DNA of 64,000 nucleotides from Pseudomonadota bacterium (GTDB lineage Bacteria; Pseudomonadota; Alphaproteobacteria; Rickettsiales; UBA8987): NCBI GenBank assembly GCA_048498735.1, contig JBEHXK010000001.1, positions 16,332 to 80,331 of the forward strand, read 5' to 3'. Shown piece by piece: positions 57,275 to 64,000 of this stretch (position 1 is its first letter; each line of letters starts with the position of its first letter). The notes under the pieces were generated by a model. It saw only the letters and a program-made list of their open reading frames with translations, ran no database searches and was not told where the DNA came from. The position numbers and the translations under genes were made by a program.

Positions 57275-57769
57275 ATGGCTAATACACCTAATTATACTAA
57301 TAATCCTGGACCTAAATCTTCCAGCAAAAAAGCTATTATAACTATCGTTATAATAATAGTTGCTATCCTTGTAGTTAATGCGTTTTTAAAACCTAAGAAA
57401 GCGGCTGAACCTACCCAAGCAGAAACAACGCCTGCAGCAACAACTACAGAAAGTACAACTGCTCCTGCAGCGGCTACAACCACTACTACAGTTCCTGCTG
57501 GTACAACTGAAACGGCGCCTGCAACAACTGAAACGCCGGCTGATGCTTCCGCGCCAACTTCTACCGTTGATGAGGATGCCGCGCCTGCAACTGATACAAG
57601 TGGCAGCACAACTGGAACTGGCACAGACGGCACGCCATACAATGGCACCGGCACAACAACTGATAATAACTCTGATAACGTTAATGATGTTAACGACATG
57701 AATGGCGGTACAGCAACAACTCCGGCGCCAACTAATGCGGCTCCGGCAACCACTACTAACGGTCAATAA
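57275..57769 (+). CDS. membrane-anchored Thr/Ala/Pro-rich low-complexity protein
   Basis: RBS AAGGAG 7 nt upstream of ATG 57275; one TM (AIITIVIIIVAILVVNAF) then about 120 residues of T/A/P/G/N repeats. Confidence 0.6.
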   Translation: MANTPNYTNNPGPKSSSKKAIITIVIIIVAILVVNAFLKPKKAAEPTQAETTPAATTTESTTAPAAATTTTTVPAGTTETAPATTETPADASAPTSTVDEDAAPATDTSGSTTGTGTDGTPYNGTGTTTDNNSDNVNDVNDMNGGTATTPAPTNAAPATTTNGQ

Positions 57770-57783
57770 AGTTCAATAATTAA

Positions 57784-57807
57784 GGGCCGGTTATCCGGCC
57801 CTTTTCG
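57784..57807 (+). terminator. rho-independent terminator
   Basis: GGGCCGG-TTAT-CCGGCCC followed by TTTT. Confidence 0.8.
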
Positions 57808-57816
57808 TATCTAAAG

Positions 57817-58401
57817 ATGAAAACAAAATATCTCATCATATTAATCGCAGTAATAATATTGCTGTTTGCGCTTAACGAAACTTTTCTAAAAAGTAAAAAA
57901 ATTGAATCATCCTCTTCAAACTCAAGCGGAGAAGCTTTGATAGGCGGAGCGTTTGATCTTATTGATCAGAACGGCAATAAATTTACCGATGCAAATTTGA
58001 AAGGTAAATATTCCCTGGTTTATTTTGGATTTACACATTGTCCTGATGTCTGTCCTTTAACACTTTCTAATATAAGCTTGGCATTGAAAGAGCTCGGTTC
58101 TGATGCTGATAAATTTCAAGTGATTTTTATAACCGTTGATCCTGAGAATGATACCAGCGCTTCTTTAAAGGAATATCTGAAATCATTTGGTATGCCGATC
58201 ACAGGGCTTACAGGCGGTGGAGAGAAGATTGCGCAGGCGGAATCAGCATATCGTGTGTATGCACAGAAAATAGGGGTTGAAGTGAATCATTCCTCAATAA
58301 TTTATGTAATGGATAAAAACGGCCAATTTATTTCGAATCTGAATTCCGAGAGTAAGGTAGAAGAGATCGCTGCAAAATTAAAAGCTGTTATTAAGGATTA
58401 A
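57817..58401 (+). CDS. SCO1/SenC family copper chaperone
   Basis: TM anchor; FGFTHCPDVCP; FITVDPENDT. Confidence 0.9.
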   Translation: MKTKYLIILIAVIILLFALNETFLKSKKIESSSSNSSGEALIGGAFDLIDQNGNKFTDANLKGKYSLVYFGFTHCPDVCPLTLSNISLALKELGSDADKFQVIFITVDPENDTSASLKEYLKSFGMPITGLTGGGEKIAQAESAYRVYAQKIGVEVNHSSIIYVMDKNGQFISNLNSESKVEEIAAKLKAVIKD

Positions 58402-58492
58402 ATTCATTTTTACCCTTTTAATCGCAAGTAATTGCGCTATATATGTTTTACCCTATGCCGGGACATAACTTAATTAACAAAAAGGTAAGCAC

Positions 58493-59482
58493 ATGTCAGC
58501 TGAAGCATTAAAGAAATCATCTCCTCAAATAGATTATACAACTAAAGGAAGGGGCAAAGTATACGATAGTATTCTTGATACTATCGGTGATACACCACTT
58601 GTAAAACTTAATAAAATCGCAAAAGAAGCGGGCGCGAAGGCAGAAGTTTATGCCAAGCTTGAATTCTTCAACCCACTTTCATCTGTAAAAGACAGGCTTG
58701 CATTAGGTATGATAACTGATGCAGAGAAGGCAGGTCGTATAAATAAAGATACCGTTCTGGTTGAGCCAACTTCTGGCAATACCGGTATTGCGCTTGCATT
58801 TATAGCTGCATCTCGCGGTTATAAATTGATTCTTACAATGCCAGAAAGCATGAGTCTGGAGCGTCGTAATATGCTTAAAATCCTTGGTGCACAGCTTGAG
58901 CTTACTGAGGCTGCAAAAGGTATGAAAGGTGCTATAGCGCGTGCGCAAGAGATCGTTGCGCAAAATCCTAACGCTATAATGCTTCAGCAGTTTGAAAACC
59001 CTGCAAACCCTGCAATTCACCGTAACACTACAGCAATTGAGATATGGAACGATACTAAAGGTGAAGTTGATATCTTCATAACCGGTGTTGGTACTGGCGG
59101 AACATTGGAAGGCACTGCAGAAGTTCTAAAAGCTAAAAAGCCTTCTGTGAAGATCATTGCAGTTGAGCCAGAAGATTCTCCTGTTCTTTCTGGTGGCCAG
59201 CCTGGCCCTCATAAAATTCAAGGTTTAGGCGCGGGTTTCATTCCTAAAATTCTTGATACTAAACTTATTGATGAAGTTGTCAGGATAGGTAATGAAACGG
59301 CATTCAAAACTGCACGTAAGCTTTGCATGGAAGAGGGTATTCCTGCTGGTATATCATCGGGCGCTACAGTTGCAGCTGCTTTAGAAGTTGCTGCTCGCCC
59401 TGAAAATGCTGGTAAAAAGATAGTTGTTATCATTGCTTCTTCAGCTGAGCGTTATATTTCTACTGCCCTCTTTGATTTTTAG
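58493..59482 (+). CDS. cysK: cysteine synthase A (O-acetylserine sulfhydrylase)
   Basis: NPLSSVKDR (PLP Lys), [17 protein letters not shown]. Confidence 0.95.
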   Translation: MSAEALKKSSPQIDYTTKGRGKVYDSILDTIGDTPLVKLNKIAKEAGAKAEVYAKLEFFNPLSSVKDRLALGMITDAEKAGRINKDTVLVEPTSGNTGIALAFIAASRGYKLILTMPESMSLERRNMLKILGAQLELTEAAKGMKGAIARAQEIVAQNPNAIMLQQFENPANPAIHRNTTAIEIWNDTKGEVDIFITGVGTGGTLEGTAEVLKAKKPSVKIIAVEPEDSPVLSGGQPGPHKIQGLGAGFIPKILDTKLIDEVVRIGNETAFKTARKLCMEEGIPAGISSGATVAAALEVAARPENAGKKIVVIIASSAERYISTALFDF

Positions 59483-59520
59483 CAAATAAATCAATTGGTT
59501 GTTTTGAAAAAAGATTTTGC

Positions 59521-59543
59521 ATAGTTAATATAAAATTAACTAT
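59521..59543. promoter_or_regulatory. perfect 9-bp inverted repeat ATAGTTAAT n5 ATTAACTAT
   Basis: Read directly; its 3' end runs into the first CTATTTTAGG copy (59540-59549). Confidence 0.4.
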
Positions 59544-59553
59544 TTTAGGTTAT

Positions 59554-59589
59554 AATCCTTCTATTGGTCATTGGTTCAATAGAAGGATT
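59554..59589. promoter_or_regulatory. perfect 13-bp inverted repeat AATCCTTCTATTG n10 CAATAGAAGGATT
   Basis: Read directly; followed by TTCTATTTTAGG (second CTATTTTAGG copy, 59592-59601), 20 nt upstream of ATG 59609. Confidence 0.45.
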
Positions 59590-59608
59590 TTCTATTTTAG
59601 GCAAAAAT

Positions 59609-60235
59609 ATGAATGACAACTCAAACATAGTTTTACCTGAGAGCGTTATCAATACTAAACTTGATGTCACGCGGTTAAATAAAATCAAACAAACCTCGGA
59701 AGAGATAATGAGTTTGTTGGAAAACCTGCCTGATTCAAGCCAATTGCAATCTTCTGAAAATATTTCTCTTTCAATAAAACGGATAAAATATAATAATAGT
59801 TATATAAGCCAAATAGATAAAGACTTCGGTAAGGAGTGTTCAATATACAAAGACTATAAAACAAAATATAAAGAATATCTTCAAGGGAAGCGCAATGTAG
59901 AAATTATATCTATTAGTTCTGATTCGCATTCCAATGATGAGGGTGAGGGAGCCAGTGCGGCTAAGGAAATTGCTGGTGAATATAGTAAATATCTCCGCTC
60001 AAAACTGGATGATAAGCAATATTTCTGGAATAGATATACCAGGCCATTTGAATCTGTGATGAGTACTGTTAGAGCAGCGCCACAAGATGAATTTTCTGAA
60101 AAAATATCATTAAAAATACAAGATCTGTTTAAGGATATAATGCCCCTGGTTCTAAGTAATAAAAGAACCATACTTCAGATATCTTCCAAAGTTTGCTTTG
60201 GCAAAAATGAAAGATATTTTTTGTTAGAGCGCTGA
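59609..60235 (+). CDS. hypothetical protein (ORFan)
   Basis: 208-aa ORF from ATG 59609 (MNDNSN); S/K/E-rich; no known motif. Confidence 0.5.
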   Translation: MNDNSNIVLPESVINTKLDVTRLNKIKQTSEEIMSLLENLPDSSQLQSSENISLSIKRIKYNNSYISQIDKDFGKECSIYKDYKTKYKEYLQGKRNVEIISISSDSHSNDEGEGASAAKEIAGEYSKYLRSKLDDKQYFWNRYTRPFESVMSTVRAAPQDEFSEKISLKIQDLFKDIMPLVLSNKRTILQISSKVCFGKNERYFLLER

Positions 60236-60364
60236 TTATTATAACATTTCTGCACCATACCGGTGTTTTTATTTGGATAAATTATTCTTTTTTACCCTTT
60301 CCGTTAGCGTATAGATCTTTTATATATAAGCTTGAAAATCCGCTAACTTATAACGGTACATTAT

Positions 60365-61261
60365 ATGATGAAAAGAATTACACGTGCTATATGCACTTTA
60401 GGCATGTTTGCTTCGACTTCTGCAGCAGCAGGCGGCTCACACGAGCCTGCGCAAACTCCTGCATCAATGAAACCAACCGCATCAGCACCAGTAACACAAA
60501 CCCCTGCCTCATTGCGTTCAGATTATCAGAATGGCTTTAAATGGATCAGGCCGGCAGAAACCCAAAATATTCCGCCTGCAACCTTTGTTGCTGCAGCTCC
60601 TGTGCAACCGGTGGCTTATACCCCACCTCCTGCACCAATTCAGCCTCCAATGCAGGCTCCTGAGAAAGTTTCTGATGTTGGGCATATTACTGTTGGACCG
60701 AAGCTTACAACGCTTGGATATGGTGCTGAGGTTGGTACAATGTTCAACGAAAATTGGGGCGGTCGTGCCAATATGCAATATGTCAGTGAGAGTTCACATA
60801 TAGATACTGATAACGCCAAATATGATGCTAAAGCTGACTGGTTCACGACCGGCGCCCTTGTGGATTTCTATCCATCTTCTGAAGATGGCTTTAGGGTCAC
60901 GGGTGGTGGTTTCCTGGGTGATAATGATGTAAGCTTTACGGCAAATCCAACGAATAATATCACGATCGGCAGCACAACATATACTCCTGTTCAGGCGGGC
61001 ACTATCAATGGTAAGGCTAAAACCAATTACTTCGCGCCATATTTAGGCTTGGGTTATAGTAGCCTTCGTCATAATTGGGATAACTGGGAAGTTGCCATTG
61101 ATGCCGGTGTGAAATATAACGGTGATCCTGATGTTCATATGACATCTTCCGGAACTGTAAGCCAGGCTGATCTTGATCAGGAATCGGGAAGGATAGAGGA
61201 TAAGCTTGATCTTACAAAGTTCTATCCAGTTGCTGGTCTAACTCTAAGCTATAAATTCTAA
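60365..61261 (+). CDS. outer-membrane beta-barrel protein with Pro/Ala-rich N-terminal linker
   Basis: Signal peptide (GMFASTSAAAGG), P/A/Q-rich region, alternating beta-strands, C-terminal LTLSYKF. Confidence 0.7.
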   Translation: MMKRITRAICTLGMFASTSAAAGGSHEPAQTPASMKPTASAPVTQTPASLRSDYQNGFKWIRPAETQNIPPATFVAAAPVQPVAYTPPPAPIQPPMQAPEKVSDVGHITVGPKLTTLGYGAEVGTMFNENWGGRANMQYVSESSHIDTDNAKYDAKADWFTTGALVDFYPSSEDGFRVTGGGFLGDNDVSFTANPTNNITIGSTTYTPVQAGTINGKAKTNYFAPYLGLGYSSLRHNWDNWEVAIDAGVKYNGDPDVHMTSSGTVSQADLDQESGRIEDKLDLTKFYPVAGLTLSYKF

Positions 61262-61264
61262 TAA

Positions 61265-62152
61265 CTAATTAGCCTGCCAGCGTGCGATGGCCTGCTGCAG
61301 TTTTTTCTTGTTCTCATCAGTTGGCAGAACAAGTGGCAATCTCAATGTATCACTGCAAAGCTCAAGCAATCCGCTGCAATATTTTGCGGGGCTTGGGCTG
61401 CTTTCGATGAAAAGTATTTTATTCAGTTCTTCAACTTTTTTATTAAGTTCAAACGCATGGTCAAAATTTCCTGTCAGGCAGTTTTCCTGAATTTTTGCAC
61501 ATGTTTCAGGGGCTATATTGCTGGTCACGGAAATGCATCCCACGCCACCGAGCTTATTGAACTCTACTGCAGTTTCATCATCGCCGGACATCATATAAAA
61601 ATCTTTGCCTTTAGGCAGAAGTTTTTTAAGTGAGGTTGGTCTTTCCAGATTTCCGGTTGCATCCTTTAAACCCACAACTCTTTTAAGTTCAGCTATACGT
61701 GCAATAGTTTCATCTTTGATATCCACAACGCTGCGGCCTGGAATATTGTATACAAAGATCGGAATATTCGTTGCATCATGTATGGCTTTGAAGTGCTGAT
61801 ATATACCTTCCTGACTTGGCTTGTTGTAATATGGGGTCATTATAAGCGCGCAATCTGCTCCGGCACTTTCAGCGTGCTGGGTTCTTTCAATCGCTTCGCG
61901 TGTTGAGTTTGATCCGGTGCCGGCCATTATTTTAACTCTTCCAGCTGCAACCTTGATGCAATATTCTATCACCAGATCATGCTCTTCATTTGTGAGAGTT
62001 GGTGATTCACCTGTGGTGCCGCAAGGAACAAGACCACGAGTGCCAGCTTTGATCTGTCTTTCGATCAGATTTTTGAAAGCTTCATAATCCACCTCATAGG
62101 AATTTTTAGCTTTGAAAGGAGTTATTAGTGCTGTATATGAGCCTTTGAACAT
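61265..62152 (-). CDS. dapA: 4-hydroxy-tetrahydrodipicolinate synthase
   Basis: GTTGESPTL, YNKPSQEG, YNIPGRS, active-site Lys in GLKDATG. Confidence 0.96.
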   Translation of the reverse strand: MFKGSYTALITPFKAKNSYEVDYEAFKNLIERQIKAGTRGLVPCGTTGESPTLTNEEHDLVIEYCIKVAAGRVKIMAGTGSNSTREAIERTQHAESAGADCALIMTPYYNKPSQEGIYQHFKAIHDATNIPIFVYNIPGRSVVDIKDETIARIAELKRVVGLKDATGNLERPTSLKKLLPKGKDFYMMSGDDETAVEFNKLGGVGCISVTSNIAPETCAKIQENCLTGNFDHAFELNKKVEELNKILFIESSPSPAKYCSGLLELCSDTLRLPLVLPTDENKKKLQQAIARWQAN

Positions 62153-62217
62153 AAATTTGGTTTTCGGTTAAATCCGTGTTTACAAATTACTAAATAAGTA
62201 CGCAAACTTAAGTAATA

Positions 62218-64000
62218 ATGAGAAAGTTTTTATATATTTTTATTAGCCTTTGTTCAATCCTTTTGTTTGCAGGCATTTCGGCCGCAAAAATAAGCTCAAC
62301 TGTTCATGTCTGGCCGGTTCCGGTCAATGAAATGAACCATTTGAACAAAGTTCTTCAGGATTCCCGCTCCAGAAAGTGGCAATCTGCCATTCTTTCTACC
62401 TTTCAGCCTTCTGACCCGGTTATTAAAAAGATCCTGCAATGGAATCTGTATGCTTCCGGTTCTCCGGCTCTGAATTTTAAGGATGTAACGCAATTCATTA
62501 ATGATAATCCATACTGGCCTGAGCAGGAAATATTAATGAATAACGCTGAAAACGTTATCAATGATACTACTGATCCTGATGATGTTATAGCCTGGTTCTC
62601 CTTAAGCCCGCCACTCGCGATGCAGGAACTTAAATTCCGCCGCCCTACAACTGCAAACGGCAAGCGTCGCTTGGCAGATGCTCTTATAAGGCTTTATAAG
62701 AAATATAATTTTGATCACAACCTGATCCCAACCTTGATAAAAGAAGCTTGGATCGAAGGGAATTATTCTTCAGAAGAGGAGCAAAAATTCCTTACAGTAT
62801 ATAAACCGATTCTTGATAAGGATGCTATTGAGCGCAGGCTGGATAGGCTTCTGAGTGATCGCCGGATCAACGATGCTAATCGTCTTTCACGATATGTAGA
62901 TGCTGACTATAAAAAACTTTATGAGGCGCGTATTGCCTTTATTGGTGGCAAAAGGAATGTTGAAACGGTTATTAACACGGTGCCTGCAAGTCTTCGAAAT
63001 AATCCCGGCCTGATATATGATCGTATCAAATGGCGCATAGATCACAATATTGATGATGGCATTACGGAGCTTCTACAGCAGTTGCCAAGCAAGCTTGATT
63101 ACCCTGAGAAGCTTTACGGCGTTAGAAAAGCTGCAATAAAAGAACTCATAAGCCATCGTAAATATCGTGATGCATATTTAATGGCGAAAAATCATGGCTT
63201 CCGCGAGAATACCGAAAAACTGGCGGAATTTGAATGGCAGGCGGGTTGGCTTGCACTTCGTTTCCTGCATGATCCAGATGCGGCATATGATCACTTTCAT
63301 AATGTTTACGATGTGGCAAAAACCCCGATAACTCTTGCCCGTGCAGCATATTGGTTGGGGCGTGCATCAGAGGTTTTACGTAATGGTGAGGAGTCTAAAT
63401 GGTATGGTGAAGCCGCTGCATATCCGGTGGTTTTCTACGGTCAGCTTGCGGCTTTGAAACTTAATGATCGTGCGCCAGATTTCCCATCTCCCTCTGTTAT
63501 AACTAAGAAAGATCTTGTTAATTATCGCGGTAACGAGCTTGCAAAAGCTGCTTATATAATGTGGCAGATCAAGGAAAACCGCCTTGCTAAAGAATTTTTA
63601 AAAGCAGCAGCAGCAGCAGCAAAAACCCCGGGTGAAAGGGTTTTGGTTGCGCAAATGGGTCTTGACCGTGACAGGTATGATTATTCGCTTCACGTTGCCA
63701 AGGATATTTATAAGGTTTCCGGTGAAGTTGTTATGAACGCATTATTTCCGGTATTTAACTTACTTTCAGTCTCCGGAAAGCAGATAGCAACTCCGCCATC
63801 AGAATATACCCTTGCAATTATCCGTCAGGAAAGTGAATTTGATACCACGGCAATTAGCCCGGCAGGTGCGCGCGGCCTCATGCAGCTTATGCCGGCAACA
63901 GCGCAAATGTATGCTAAAAAACTCGGCCTTCCATTTAACAAGAATCGCCTGAGTGGTGATCCTCGATATAATATCACAATAGGTGCGGCATATCTTCAAA
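62218..64000 (+). CDS. soluble lytic murein transglycosylase (Slt70-like), 5' part; runs off the window
   Basis: My own translation from ATG 62218 is stop-free to nt 64000: signal peptide MRKFLYIFISLCSILLFAGISA, superhelical U-domain, catalytic IIRQESEFD...ARGLMQLMP. Absent from the ORF track because it has no stop. Confidence 0.88.
   Translation, partial: MRKFLYIFISLCSILLFAGISAAKISSTVHVWPVPVNEMNHLNKVLQDSRSRKWQSAILSTFQPSDPVIKKILQWNLYASGSPALNFKDVTQFINDNPYWPEQEILMNNAENVINDTTDPDDVIAWFSLSPPLAMQELKFRRPTTANGKRRLADALIRLYKKYNFDHNLIPTLIKEAWIEGNYSSEEEQKFLTVYKPILDKDAIERRLDRLLSDRRINDANRLSRYVDADYKKLYEARIAFIGGKRNVETVINTVPASLRNNPGLIYDRIKWRIDHNIDDGITELLQQLPSKLDYPEKLYGVRKAAIKELISHRKYRDAYLMAKNHGFRENTEKLAEFEWQAGWLALRFLHDPDAAYDHFHNVYDVAKTPITLARAAYWLGRASEVLRNGEESKWYGEAAAYPVVFYGQLAALKLNDRAPDFPSPSVITKKDLVNYRGNELAKAAYIMWQIKENRLAKEFLKAAAAAAKTPGERVLVAQMGLDRDRYDYSLHVAKDIYKVSGEVVMNALFPVFNLLSVSGKQIATPPSEYTLAIIRQESEFDTTAISPAGARGLMQLMPATAQMYAKKLGLPFNKNRLSGDPRYNITIGAAYLQ

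Noticed and set aside
57292-57766. Two long minus-strand ORFs (153 aa and 126 aa) opposite the Thr/Ala/Pro-rich gene
   Set aside because: They are artefacts of the low-complexity ACN/GCN codon repeats, which remove stop codons on the opposite strand. The plus-strand ORF has an RBS, a TM anchor and a terminator.
63604-63621. (GCA)6 trinucleotide repeat inside the lytic transglycosylase gene
   Set aside because: It is in frame (encodes AAAAAA in a linker), so length changes would not switch the gene off. It is probably neutral.

Overview
AT-rich (roughly mid-30s % GC by eye, not computed), densely coding bacterial chromosome segment using the standard code (TGA is a genuine stop at 19955-19957 and 21563-21565). 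Gene content and order look alphaproteobacterial: atpI-B-E-b'-b, argS followed by a SPOR protein, DUF1013 next to a stand-alone rpsD, fliX-dksA with a Cys-poor DksA, ccmFGH, and a STAS-MlaE/MlaF/MCE/lipoprotein operon. Shuffled housekeeping genes, a Sel1-repeat protein and about a dozen ORFans suggest a host-associated (Rickettsiales/Holosporales-like) lineage; this is inference only. I call about 75 CDS, one disrupted gene, one riboswitch and several intrinsic terminators. I saw no rRNA, tRNA, CRISPR array, transposase, integrase or prophage genes. Best candidate for a new system (31714-34384): an outer-membrane beta-barrel gene broken at G-runs (G4 and G7) sits 2 nt upstream of a processive family-2 glycosyltransferase. 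The N-terminus of that enzyme fits the tandem 24-residue c-di-GMP-binding MshEN motif, which suggests a minimal, possibly phase-variable, c-di-GMP-gated exopolysaccharide synthase-plus-porin module. Other notable points: a PAS-GGDEF protein with a degenerate active site (DGGTF) but an intact RxxD I-site; a yybP-ykoY-type Mn riboswitch with a terminator platform ahead of a UPF0016/GDT1 transporter; DksA with a ~130-residue histone-H1-like lysine-rich extension next to fliX; an ornithine decarboxylase plus deoxyhypusine-synthase-like polyamine pair; an asparaginase N-domain-only gene coupled to the MCE operon; a tandem LOG/pseudo-LOG protein; an HExxH ORFan; and an A8 tract that truncates a lysine-rich small protein. 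All functional calls rest on motifs read from the supplied translations; no database search was run.
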